A stretch of DNA of 64,000 nucleotides, from NCBI GenBank assembly GCA_002009975.1, contig MTLP01000009.1:1-64000 (forward strand), in the 5' to 3' direction. Both the position numbers and the translations under genes were made by a program. Below the pieces are notes generated by a model. The model did no database searches, was not told the DNA's origin, and saw only the letters and a program-made list of their open reading frames with translations. This stretch comes from Thermococcus sp. JdFR-02. GTDB lineage: Archaea > Methanobacteriota_B > Thermococci > Thermococcales > Thermococcaceae. Of the stretch, positions 42,225 to 51,387 are shown in pieces; the stretch's first letter is position 1; each line of letters opens with the position of its first letter.

Positions 42225-43406
42225 GTGATGAAAATGATAGGGAGTTTTGAAGTGAAAAAGAACATTTATTGGGTTGGAACAATTGATCCAGCTAAGAAAG
42301 TGTTTGATCTAGTAATTGATTCTCCTTATGGAACAACCTATAACTCTTACTTAATTTTAGATGAAAAGAGGGTTCTTATAGACACTACAGAAGAAAAATT
42401 GGCTAAAGAGTGGCTTGAGAAAATTGAAAATGTCATTCCAGCTGAAGAAATAAATTATGTTGTCATTAATCACGTAGAGCCAGATCACAGTGCGGGTCTA
42501 AAGTTATTGCTAGAGAAGAATCCTAATGTTACGGTAATTGCAACACCTCAAGCGAAAATACTCTTGAAGGAGGTAGTTAATAGGGATTTCAATTTTATGC
42601 CAGCAAAAGATGGAATGGAGCTTAAAATAGGAAAAAGAACCCTGAAATTTATTCAAATGCCATTTTGGCATTGGCCCGAGACTATGATGACATATTTAGT
42701 TGAAGATAAGATTTTGTTCCCATGTGACGGCTTTGGTTCAAATTACTTTGAAGAGAGCTTCTTTTATAGCAAGATACAACAAAAAGAAACTTATTGGAGG
42801 GAGTTCTGGAAGTACTTTAGGTTTGTTTTGGCACCCTTTAGGAAATTCATAATTCAAGGTCTTGAGAAGCTTAAAGGATTAGAAATTGAGATGATTGCTC
42901 CATCTCACGGTGTCATTATAGACACAAGGGAAGGAATAGAAAAAGCTTTTGAGGTATATGAAGAGTTTTTGAAGAAGCCAAGGAATAAGATTATAATAGC
43001 TTATGCGAGTGCCCATGGAAACGTTGAGAAAATTGCAAAAGCTATTCATGAGGAAATCGGTGGAGAGCTTTTGGATTTAGCTTATGCAAGCAGAGAGGAG
43101 GTTTTAGAAAAGATCGATAGTGCCAAAGCAATATTCTTTGGAGCACCTACTTTGAACGGCATGACTGCGCCTCAGACTTTAGAGGCAATGATCCTCTTAG
43201 GTTTGACGCCTGATTGGAGGGGTAAGAGAATAGCTCTCTTTGGTTCTTATGGATGGAGTGGTGAAGGAATTCCACTTCTTGAAGAGGTTGCAAAGAAAAT
43301 GCGCTTGAAGCTCTATCAGCCCAGCTTTAGAGTAAAATTTGCTCCAAGTGAGGAAGAAATCGAGAAAGCCAAGAAATGGGCAAGGGCTTTTATTGAAACC
43401 CCTTAG
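42225..43406 (+). CDS. fprA: Flavodiiron protein (FprA)
   Basis: GTTYNSY, HVEPDH, HWPE, PSHG, FGSYGWSG. Confidence 0.93.
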   Translation: MMKMIGSFEVKKNIYWVGTIDPAKKVFDLVIDSPYGTTYNSYLILDEKRVLIDTTEEKLAKEWLEKIENVIPAEEINYVVINHVEPDHSAGLKLLLEKNPNVTVIATPQAKILLKEVVNRDFNFMPAKDGMELKIGKRTLKFIQMPFWHWPETMMTYLVEDKILFPCDGFGSNYFEESFFYSKIQQKETYWREFWKYFRFVLAPFRKFIIQGLEKLKGLEIEMIAPSHGVIIDTREGIEKAFEVYEEFLKKPRNKIIIAYASAHGNVEKIAKAIHEEIGGELLDLAYASREEVLEKIDSAKAIFFGAPTLNGMTAPQTLEAMILLGLTPDWRGKRIALFGSYGWSGEGIPLLEEVAKKMRLKLYQPSFRVKFAPSEEEIEKAKKWARAFIETP

Positions 43407-43456
43407 CTTCTTTTTCTTTGCCCTTTCTTAAATCCAAAAATGTTTTAAAGGTTTAT

Positions 43457-43535
43457 GCCAAAGGGGTTCACGCAATGTAATAGCTCATGGCTCGGGGTAT
43501 CCGCTAGAGAGCCTACCGAGCCCTTGCGGAGGTGG
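43457..43535 (+). ncRNA. Structured GC-rich leader or ncRNA upstream of rpl44e (possibly SscA-like)
   Basis: Nested stems CGCAA/TTGCG and GGCTCGG/CCGAGCC ending at the SD sequence. Confidence 0.55.
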
Positions 43536-43540
43536 AGAGA

Positions 43541-43825
43541 GTGAAGTTTCCAAAGAAAATAAGAACATACTGTCCCTACTGTAAAAAGCACACTATTCAC
43601 ACAGTTGAGAAAGTGAAAAAGAGACCAAGAAGTGAGCTTAGTGCTGGTCAAAGAAGATTCAGGAGAATCCTTAAAGGTTACAAAGGTTTCCCAAGACCAA
43701 AGCCAGAGGGAAGAGAAAAGCCAGTCAAAAAGCTAGACCTAAGATACAGATGTACTGTATGTAAGAAAGCCCACACAAGAGGAGAAGGGTTCAGGGTAAA
43801 GAAGTTCGAACTTGTTGAGAGGTGA
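43541..43825 (+). CDS. rpl44e: 50S ribosomal protein L44e
   Basis: [23 protein letters not shown]. Confidence 0.96.
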   Translation: MKFPKKIRTYCPYCKKHTIHTVEKVKKRPRSELSAGQRRFRRILKGYKGFPRPKPEGREKPVKKLDLRYRCTVCKKAHTRGEGFRVKKFELVER

Positions 43826-44028
43826 GAGCAATGGAGCTTCCTAAGAATCTAATTCCAATGCCAAAATCAAGATTTTTGAGGGTTAAGTGTATCGACTGTG
43901 GAAACGAGCAAATTGTATTCAGTAATCCAGCTACAAAGGTCCGCTGCTTAGTTTGTGGTGCAACATTGGTTGAGCCAACAGGTGGTAAGGGAATAATCAA
44001 AGCGAAAATAATTGAAGTCCTTGAGTGA
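43822..44028 (+). CDS. rps27e: 30S ribosomal protein S27e
   Basis: [25 protein letters not shown]. Confidence 0.96.
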   Translation: MRAMELPKNLIPMPKSRFLRVKCIDCGNEQIVFSNPATKVRCLVCGATLVEPTGGKGIIKAKIIEVLE

Positions 44029-44124
44029 CTTCTCTTTTAATATATTTTGCTTTTCTCCAATTTGCGAAACTTTAAAAAGTTCTACAGTTAACAATCCAAA
44101 AGGGTTAATAAAATTAGAACGGGG

Positions 44125-44961
44125 ATGATGAAGATGCCAAGGAGAGCTAAGGATTTTCCTGAAGAAGGAGAGTTTGTGGTTGCTACGGTAAAGAACATTC
44201 ACCATTATGGTGCGTTCCTTTCATTGGATGAATACCCTGGAAAAGAGGGGTTTATGCATATCAGTGAAGTTGCTCCAACATGGGTAAAGAACATTAGGGA
44301 TTACTTGAAAGAAGGACAAAAGATAGTTGCAAAGGTCATTAGGGTTGATCCTTCAAAGGGACACATAGATTTGAGCTTAAAGCGTGTAACTCAGCAGCAA
44401 AGGAAAGCAAAGCTTCAAGAATTCAAGAGGGCTCAAAAAGCTGAGAATCTATTAAAGATGGTTGCTGAGAGAATAGGAAAGAGCTTTGAAGATGCTTGGA
44501 AAGAGGTATGGGTCCCCCTAGAAGAGGAATATGGAGAGGTTTATGCTGCCTTTGAAGATGCAGCTCAAAATGGAAAGGAGGTTTTGGAAGGATTAATTCC
44601 AGAAGAGTGGATTGAGCCACTTTATGAGATAATTAAGAGTTATGTTGAAATTCCAACCGTTACAATTGATGCTGAGCTTGAAATAACGGTTCCAACGTCA
44701 AATGGAATTGAAGTTATTAGAGAGGCATTGATTAGGGCGAGAAACAGAATTAATGAGATAAAAGATATTGAAGCAAAGATAACCTATTTGGGTGCCCCAA
44801 GATACAGGATTGATATTGTTGCACCAGATTATCTTACTGCTGAAAAAGTTATGGAAGATATTGCTGCAGAGATTCTTGATGTCATAAAGAAGGCTGGTGG
44901 AGAAGCTACATTTATTAGGAAGGAAAAGAGAATTAAGAAAATTAAGAGGAGAGAGAAATGA
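44125..44961 (+). CDS. eif2a: Translation initiation factor aIF2 alpha
   Basis: S1 domain with LDEYPGKEGFMHISE; YLGAPRYRI. Confidence 0.95.
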   Translation: MMKMPRRAKDFPEEGEFVVATVKNIHHYGAFLSLDEYPGKEGFMHISEVAPTWVKNIRDYLKEGQKIVAKVIRVDPSKGHIDLSLKRVTQQQRKAKLQEFKRAQKAENLLKMVAERIGKSFEDAWKEVWVPLEEEYGEVYAAFEDAAQNGKEVLEGLIPEEWIEPLYEIIKSYVEIPTVTIDAELEITVPTSNGIEVIREALIRARNRINEIKDIEAKITYLGAPRYRIDIVAPDYLTAEKVMEDIAAEILDVIKKAGGEATFIRKEKRIKKIKRREK

Positions 44962-45137
44962 GGTGGCGCATTAGGAGATGCTCAAATTGTGGGAGATATA
45001 CTTTAAAAGAAGTTTGTCCAGCTTGTGGGGGCGAGACCAAGATAGCCCATCCTCCAAAATTTTCTCCTGAAGATCCCTATGGGGAGTATAGGAGAAGGCT
45101 TAAGAGAGAGTTGTTAGGAATTAAAAGTGGAAGGTGA
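44958..45137 (+). CDS. nop10: H/ACA RNP protein Nop10, not in the ORF track
   Basis: MRWRIRRCSNCGRYTLKEVCPACGGETKIAHPPKFSPEDPYGEYRR. Confidence 0.95.
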   Translation: MRWRIRRCSNCGRYTLKEVCPACGGETKIAHPPKFSPEDPYGEYRRRLKRELLGIKSGR

Positions 45138-45141
45138 TTTT

Positions 45142-45927
45142 ATGAAAGAAAGTGTTATTGTTGTTTATGAAAGACCAGAGCTGAATGATCCAATATTTAT
45201 TGAAGGTTTGCCTGGAATTGGGTTGGTTGGAAAACTAGCTGCTGAGCATTTGATAAATGAGTTAAAAGCAAAGAAGTTTGCTGATTTATATTCTCCACAC
45301 TTCTTGCACCAAGTTTTGATTAAAAAGGACTCGACTGTTGATTTGATGAAAAATGAGTTCTACTATTGGAAAAGTCCAGATGAAGAACATAGAGACTTAA
45401 TCATAATAACTGGAGATACTCAAGTTCCTCCAACTGACAGTTATGGGCATTTTGAAGTTGTTGGAAAGATGCTTGAGTTTGTTGAGCAGTTTGGAACAAG
45501 GGAAATAATTACGATGGGTGGTTATCAAGTCCCAGAGCTTCAAGGAGAGCCGAGGGTTTTAGGTTCAGTCACGCACTTAGAGCTTAAAGAGAAATATAAG
45601 GGTTATGACATAGTCTTTAGGGAAGATGAAGGAGGAGCCATTGTAGGTGCAGCTGGCTTGTTGCTTGGAATTGGAAAGTTAAAGGGAATGAAGGGAATTT
45701 GTCTTTTAGGAGAGTCCTTAGGTTATATCGTTGATGCAAAGGCTGCAAAAGCAGTATTAAATGTCGTTGCGAAGATCCTTAATCTCGAAATTGACATGAC
45801 GGCTTTAGATGAGAGGGCAAAAGAAACTGAAGAGATTTTAAGAAAAGTCCAAGAAATGCAAAGAGCAATGCTTGAACAACAAATACCAACAGTTGAAAGG
45901 GGCGAAGAGGACAGGGGATACATTTGA
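45142..45927 (+). CDS. PAC2-family proteasome assembly chaperone-like protein
   Basis: EGLPGIGLVGKLA, GAAGLLLG, CLLGES. Confidence 0.88.
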   Translation: MKESVIVVYERPELNDPIFIEGLPGIGLVGKLAAEHLINELKAKKFADLYSPHFLHQVLIKKDSTVDLMKNEFYYWKSPDEEHRDLIIITGDTQVPPTDSYGHFEVVGKMLEFVEQFGTREIITMGGYQVPELQGEPRVLGSVTHLELKEKYKGYDIVFREDEGGAIVGAAGLLLGIGKLKGMKGICLLGESLGYIVDAKAAKAVLNVVAKILNLEIDMTALDERAKETEEILRKVQEMQRAMLEQQIPTVERGEEDRGYI

Positions 45928-45952
45928 TTCTTTCTTCTTTTTGGTGATTTTT

Positions 45953-47215
45953 ATGCACTTTGATGCCGATTTGCATATACATTCAAAATACTCCAAAGCC
46001 ACATCCCAGCTTATGAACATCCCATTAATAGCAGAGAATGCTAAGCTTAAGGGGTTAAGCATAGTTGGAACTGGTGATATTTTAAATCCAAGATGGGAAG
46101 AGGAACTTTTAAAATACGCTCAAAAGGTTGATGAAGGGACTTTTGAGTATAAAGGAGTTAGATTTCTCCTAACAACTGAAGTCGAAGATGCTAAAAGAGT
46201 TCACCATGTTCTGATTTTTCCAAATCTTCAAGCTGTCCACGAGATGAGGGAAAAGCTAAAGCACTATTCTAAGGACATTGAAACTGAAGGAAGACCACAT
46301 TTAAGCTTAAACGGTGCAGAGATTGCAGAGTTAGCAAATGATTTGGAGGTTTTAATAGGACCAAGTCATGCCTTTACGCCATGGACAGCTTTGTATAAGG
46401 AGTATGATAGCTTAAAAGAGTGTTATGGAAACGCTAAGATTCATTTCCTCGAGCTTGGTCTTTCAGCTGATTCTTATTTAGCTGATTTGATTAAGGCTCA
46501 TCATAAGCTAACATATCTCTCAAATTCCGATGCCCATTCTCCCCATCCTCATCGCTTAGGGAGGGAATTTAACCGTTTTGAGATTCAAGAGCCAACTTTT
46601 GAGGAAGTCAGAAAAGCTCTTTTAAAGCGTAGTGGAAGGAAGATAATCTTAAACGCTGGGCTTGATCCAAGATTGGGGAAGTATCATCTGACAGCTTGCT
46701 CAAGATGTTACACCAAATACAAACTTGAAGATGCTAAGCGCTTAGGCTGGAGATGTGAGAAATGTGGAGGGATAATAAAGAAAGGTGTAAAGGATAGGAT
46801 ATTAGAGCTGGCTGATACAAAAGAAAAGCCTGAGGATAGGGCTCCTTATCTTCACTTGGCACCTTTAGCAGAAATTATTGCTATGGTTCTTAACAAAGGT
46901 GTTGAAACTAAAGCCATAAAGACTATTTGGGAGAGGCTTTTGAAAGAGTTTGGGAGTGAGATTAGAGTTTTAGTTGATGTTCCAATTGAGGATATAGCTA
47001 AGACTATTGGGGAGGATATAGCTAAGGCAATTTGGGCTTTTAGGAAGGAGAAATTACTTGTTATTCCAGGCGGTGGAGGGAAGTATGGTGAAATAAAGCT
47101 TCCAGAGGAGATAAAGAAAGCTAAGCTTGAAGATTTAGAGAGTATAGAAGTTAAGCAAAGGGAAGAGTATTACAAGCCCAAGCAGAGCTCGATTTTGAGC
47201 TTTTTGAAGAGGTGA
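45953..47215 (+). CDS. Endonuclease Q (PHP domain plus Zn ribbon)
   Basis: DLHIHSKYS, SNSDAHS, GKYHLTACSRC, GGGGKYG, C-terminal PIP box QSSILSF. Confidence 0.9.
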   Translation: MHFDADLHIHSKYSKATSQLMNIPLIAENAKLKGLSIVGTGDILNPRWEEELLKYAQKVDEGTFEYKGVRFLLTTEVEDAKRVHHVLIFPNLQAVHEMREKLKHYSKDIETEGRPHLSLNGAEIAELANDLEVLIGPSHAFTPWTALYKEYDSLKECYGNAKIHFLELGLSADSYLADLIKAHHKLTYLSNSDAHSPHPHRLGREFNRFEIQEPTFEEVRKALLKRSGRKIILNAGLDPRLGKYHLTACSRCYTKYKLEDAKRLGWRCEKCGGIIKKGVKDRILELADTKEKPEDRAPYLHLAPLAEIIAMVLNKGVETKAIKTIWERLLKEFGSEIRVLVDVPIEDIAKTIGEDIAKAIWAFRKEKLLVIPGGGGKYGEIKLPEEIKKAKLEDLESIEVKQREEYYKPKQSSILSFLKR

Positions 47216-47219
47216 TTAG

Positions 47220-48164
47220 ATGGAACGCGAGATAATTGGTCTTTTTATGAGGTATTTTAAAAATCAGGGAGATTTACCTCTTGGTGATGATGCCGGCGCA
47301 TTAAAGTTTGGAGATGAGTGGTTAGTTGCTACCAACGACATGCTCGTGAAAAGTACGGATGTCCCAGAAATAATGACACCAGAGCAAGTTGGCTTTAAAG
47401 TTTTTACGATGAACATTAGCGATTTAGCCGCAATGGGGGCTAAACCTATAGGCTTTCTCTTCTCGCTTGGTGTTCCAAATAAGTTTGACATGAACTATTT
47501 AAAAGGGATAGCACTGGGATTAGCTAAGGCATCTAAGTTTTATGAAACACCTATAATAAGCGCTGATACCAATGAGGCATGTGATCTGATAATTGATGGT
47601 ATAGCTCTGGGAAAAACCAAGAGAATATTAACGAGAAGTGGAGCAAATGCTGGCGACTTAGTTTGTGTTACTGGAGATATAGGAAGGGCTTTAGCTGGGC
47701 TTAAAGTGTATTTTGAAAATCTTGATGTAGGAAAAGGGACGAGAGAGGCACTCTATGAAAAACTTCTTGAACCAAAAGCTCGTATTAAAGAGGGACAAAT
47801 TTTAAGCAAGTATGCAAATGCAGCGATTGATATAAGCGACGGCATGAGCAAAGAGCTTCACTTAGTTGCAGAGATGAGCGGTGTTAAAATTTTGGTTGAT
47901 TCAGAAAAGCTGCCTATACAAGAGGAAGTCTTTGAAGTTGCTGGGCTCTTAGGTTTAGACCCAATTGAGATTGCCTTAGCATCGGGAGAAGAGTTTGAGC
48001 TCATCTTTACAATTCCTGAGGAGCACTTGGATAAGCTTAACTTTGATTTCACGGTGATTGGAAGGGTTGAAAAGGGAGAAGGAGTTTATCTAAGGAGGAA
48101 TGGAAAACTCGAGAAGATGCCGGTTTTGGGATGGGAGCATTTATCTAGATTAAACAAAAAATAA
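47220..48164 (+). CDS. thiL: Thiamine-monophosphate kinase
   Basis: GDDAG, NISDLAAMGA, DISDG, GEEFEL, GWEH. Confidence 0.93.
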   Translation: MEREIIGLFMRYFKNQGDLPLGDDAGALKFGDEWLVATNDMLVKSTDVPEIMTPEQVGFKVFTMNISDLAAMGAKPIGFLFSLGVPNKFDMNYLKGIALGLAKASKFYETPIISADTNEACDLIIDGIALGKTKRILTRSGANAGDLVCVTGDIGRALAGLKVYFENLDVGKGTREALYEKLLEPKARIKEGQILSKYANAAIDISDGMSKELHLVAEMSGVKILVDSEKLPIQEEVFEVAGLLGLDPIEIALASGEEFELIFTIPEEHLDKLNFDFTVIGRVEKGEGVYLRRNGKLEKMPVLGWEHLSRLNKK

Positions 48165-48354
48165 ACATAAGTTACTTTTTGAGTTATTTGGTTATTTTAC
48201 TATACAACACTATTTTGTGTAGGTTTATTGTACTTTGAGAAATTCTTTTTTAAAATACATTAAAAAATAAATAGCAATACTATAATATATGGAAAAATTT
48301 ATATAGTACCAGTTCATAATTTGAGGATGGTAGGCTTATATTTGGGGGAGCGGC

Positions 48355-49302
48355 ATGAACAAGAAAGTAAAAAATCTGGCAATATTTGCCATAGGATTAA
48401 TTTTAGGAAGCCTGCTACTTGTGGAAGGTAGTTTCTTTTTCCCTTCTAACAGGGAACCAAGGATAGTCACAGGGTACAGCATAGAGAGGGCCTCAAAAGA
48501 GTTCTATCCGCCATTAGAAGTGGAAATTATAAGAAACTTAACAGAGATTATTGATAAGAAAAGTCTTAGAATCATTTATGAGTCCTTAGATAAAAACGCT
48601 GTTCACATTGGCACATTCAAGCAGGAAAGTGAATATTTATCAATCTTTGAACTTAGTCTAAGTAAAAACGGTACACCAGACATTGCATATATTTTGTGGT
48701 TCAAGAGCAAGGATGGAATAAAGATCCTCAGGAAAGATCGCGCTCTTGTCAGGAAAATCTATGAAAGTCGGGATAAGGAAATTCTCAATACTTTAAAGAC
48801 CGACAACACAACAATTATCATCGGTAAAGAGACAGGGAGTACAGTCTATTACATTGAAATTCCAATATTTAAGATAGCTCAGACTTCGGGAAGTATAGGA
48901 ACTGAAGATCTTAGATCAACTTATGAGGAAGGGGAATATTACATAGTAACAGCTTTCACTGAGCACTACTGGTATGACAAGATCAGCGACAAGAAATATG
49001 CATGGGTGGGGGCAAAAGGCGAGTTCCATGTGATTTATGGCAGTAAAGTGTTTATGGTGAAGGATCTCTCATATGCAGGAGAATCTGGCTCATTAGTTAG
49101 TATGTGTTCATTTGATTCCCAAAAAGAAGGAGAAGGGACCTTTGATGCAACAGTTAAGGCTGATGCTCACTTCTTAGAGGTGATTTCGCCCCTTATATAC
49201 TGCATCCACGACTATGGACATCCGAGGGTGGTTGTAGATGCATGGTTAGACGTGGATCATCCAGGTGCTCAAAGTGATGGAATCGGTGTTTGTAAATGTT
49301 AA
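48355..49302 (+). CDS. Hypothetical secreted protein with Cys-containing C-terminal domain
   Basis: N-terminal signal or anchor; ends GIGVCKC. Confidence 0.7.
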   Translation: MNKKVKNLAIFAIGLILGSLLLVEGSFFFPSNREPRIVTGYSIERASKEFYPPLEVEIIRNLTEIIDKKSLRIIYESLDKNAVHIGTFKQESEYLSIFELSLSKNGTPDIAYILWFKSKDGIKILRKDRALVRKIYESRDKEILNTLKTDNTTIIIGKETGSTVYYIEIPIFKIAQTSGSIGTEDLRSTYEEGEYYIVTAFTEHYWYDKISDKKYAWVGAKGEFHVIYGSKVFMVKDLSYAGESGSLVSMCSFDSQKEGEGTFDATVKADAHFLEVISPLIYCIHDYGHPRVVVDAWLDVDHPGAQSDGIGVCKC

Positions 49303-49577
49303 GTGTTGGATTTTCAGCTTTTCCTTTTCAATTAAAAACATTGTCTATAACCGAGGGAATATTGGTTTTAGGTAGAAACACCTAAGATAACTCTATTGAG
49401 GTATTCTTTCCATTTTGTCGAATTTGATTTACGATATATCTTATTAAACTTTAATTGATTTTCAATCCTTTGATTTTTTATAATATATTAGGGAGTAATA
49501 ATACTATAATAAATAGAAAAATTTATAAAGAGTCTTTGAGTCATCATTTATGGGTCGTTACCTTTGGAGGTGCTACA

Positions 49578-50501
49578 ATGTGGAAGAAATTGCTAAGCTT
49601 GATGTTGGGGCTCCTTGTGTTGAGCATGACAGTAGGGATGGTAAGTGCGGCTAAGGTATCAAATGGACACAAAAATGCACTCTCCATAGAAATGCAGAAG
49701 AAAATTATAGAACAGTATTCCCGACTTAAAGCCAGTGGGAAAATAGAAGAAGCAAACAGATTGCTCTCAAAGCATGGATTTGTTAAGTTGGGAGAAGAAA
49801 AGATGCATCAAAAATTCAATAAACCCATCACCACAACACAGGAAAAGCTTAATTCTGATATCTCAATACAAAGCTGGGTCTCTGAAAGAGATTTAACTCT
49901 TGAAATAGAGTACATTGTATACCCCTCCTCTAAAACGGTGTTTATAGACTATTATTGGACGTGGGATTTAGTGGAAGATTACTGGGATCAGGGAGACGTG
50001 GATGAAATATCAATAACGAACGTGATAGGGCAGAGAATAAGTGGAGAAAGTTATTATAAAGTGATTGTTGATTTTATAGATGCATGGGGATATGAATTAG
50101 AGTGGGGAATGATACCAGGAAATCATGATGTAACCCTTGCCTATGATGTGCAAGCAGTTAACCAGAATGTGGGCACAGTAGAACATAGAATAATATTTAA
50201 AGCAGGAGATAGCATTCAAAAAGGCGTTATCCACGTAATGTACCGCATCCATGATGATGTATTTGGAGAAGGCGGAGGAATAAGTGCTCACATGATTTAC
50301 ACCCACACCTATGGCAATACTCAATTGGCAAGTACAGTTAGTGAAATTTCGGGAACTGTTGTCGGAATGCTATTTGAGAATCCAGTAACAGGGTATATAG
50401 TCTCTGGTACAGTAAAATATGCTGTCTACAACCTTATAGAAGAAGACGGAAAATGGACAAGTGAGTCTGTAGATAAATATGTCCAACTTCCGAGAGATTA
50501 A
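49578..50501 (+). CDS. Hypothetical secreted prepro-protein (candidate toxin)
   Basis: GGAGGTG RBS, signal peptide MWKKLLSLMLGLLVLSMTVGMVSA, basic pro-region, Gly-rich hydrophobic segment near the C-terminus. Confidence 0.75.
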   Translation: MWKKLLSLMLGLLVLSMTVGMVSAAKVSNGHKNALSIEMQKKIIEQYSRLKASGKIEEANRLLSKHGFVKLGEEKMHQKFNKPITTTQEKLNSDISIQSWVSERDLTLEIEYIVYPSSKTVFIDYYWTWDLVEDYWDQGDVDEISITNVIGQRISGESYYKVIVDFIDAWGYELEWGMIPGNHDVTLAYDVQAVNQNVGTVEHRIIFKAGDSIQKGVIHVMYRIHDDVFGEGGGISAHMIYTHTYGNTQLASTVSEISGTVVGMLFENPVTGYIVSGTVKYAVYNLIEEDGKWTSESVDKYVQLPRD

Positions 50502-50514
50502 AAGGGGTTAAAAA

Positions 50515-50916
50515 ATGCAGGTATTTAAACTGACTCCTAAAGAGAAGGAAAGGTTCATGAAGAATCTTCCCATTTTCTTTTTTTACTATTTGATACTCTT
50601 TGTGTTTTTCTGGTATGGACTTTCTCACAAGACTCCTGAGGAGATCAAGGGGGGACTTCCTAGGCCAACATCCATGCCGATAACTACGGTGATAGCACTC
50701 TTGATAGTCTTTTACCTGCGATGCAGAGATAATCCTAAAAAATGCATCACGGCAAAATCAGGATTCTTTGCAATTTTTGGATTATATGTGATGTATTTAA
50801 TTTCAGCCTATACAGGGAGCGTTGCTTTGCTTTTTATTATAACGCTTGTCCTAATATACATAAACACCTTAATACGTATCAAAGAAGAATTCAAGAGAAA
50901 AGAAAAACACTACTAG
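50515..50916 (+). CDS. Small 4-TM protein, paralog 1 (candidate immunity protein)
   Basis: FKLTP..ERF..LP..FYYL.LFV.FW shared with 51388. Confidence 0.75.
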   Translation: MQVFKLTPKEKERFMKNLPIFFFYYLILFVFFWYGLSHKTPEEIKGGLPRPTSMPITTVIALLIVFYLRCRDNPKKCITAKSGFFAIFGLYVMYLISAYTGSVALLFIITLVLIYINTLIRIKEEFKRKEKHY

Positions 50917-50986
50917 AAGAAGATTATGAAGACATGTATGGAACCAATGTGATGTCCCAGAGACTAAACATTGAGGAGGTTTAGCT

Positions 50987-51331
50987 ATGACAATTAAAAG
51001 GGATACTTTAAATGATTTTATTGGCTTTTCTTTTATTTATTTTCTTGTGTTCATTAGTGGATGGTATAGACTTTCTCATCCAGAAGAAATGTATTCTGCA
51101 TGGAGTATCTCATTACTCATAATGTTGATTATCTCGGTTCTTTATGAATTAACACCCTCTTCTGAAAGGCCGTACACTGGAACCAAACTGCTGGTCATTT
51201 TTGGTGTTATCTTGATGGAAGTAACTATCTATGTTATAAAGAATATTTACCTGCTCTTTGTTCTTGCAGTAATTTTCACTCATTTTTCTATCAAAATGAA
51301 AGCAAAGGAAAAGAGAAGTCAGGTATGGTAA
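50987..51331 (+). CDS. Small 4-TM protein, divergent paralog 2
   Basis: WYRLSHPEE versus WYGLSHKTPEE; IFG..M..LLF; GGAGG RBS. Confidence 0.7.
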   Translation: MTIKRDTLNDFIGFSFIYFLVFISGWYRLSHPEEMYSAWSISLLIMLIISVLYELTPSSERPYTGTKLLVIFGVILMEVTIYVIKNIYLLFVLAVIFTHFSIKMKAKEKRSQVW

Positions 51332-51387
51332 GATATAATGAAGCTTTAGGAATAATGTCTTAGCTGTTGCTAATGGAGGTGTAGCCT

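Noticed and set aside
49455-49577. N-terminal extension of the 348-aa ORF from TTG 49455
   Set aside because: The strong GGAGGTG RBS and signal peptide place the start at ATG 49578.
50742-50984. 80-aa overlapping ORF as a real gene
   Set aside because: It mostly overlaps the 50515 gene in another frame; only its last 24 or so codons are kept as a possible relic.
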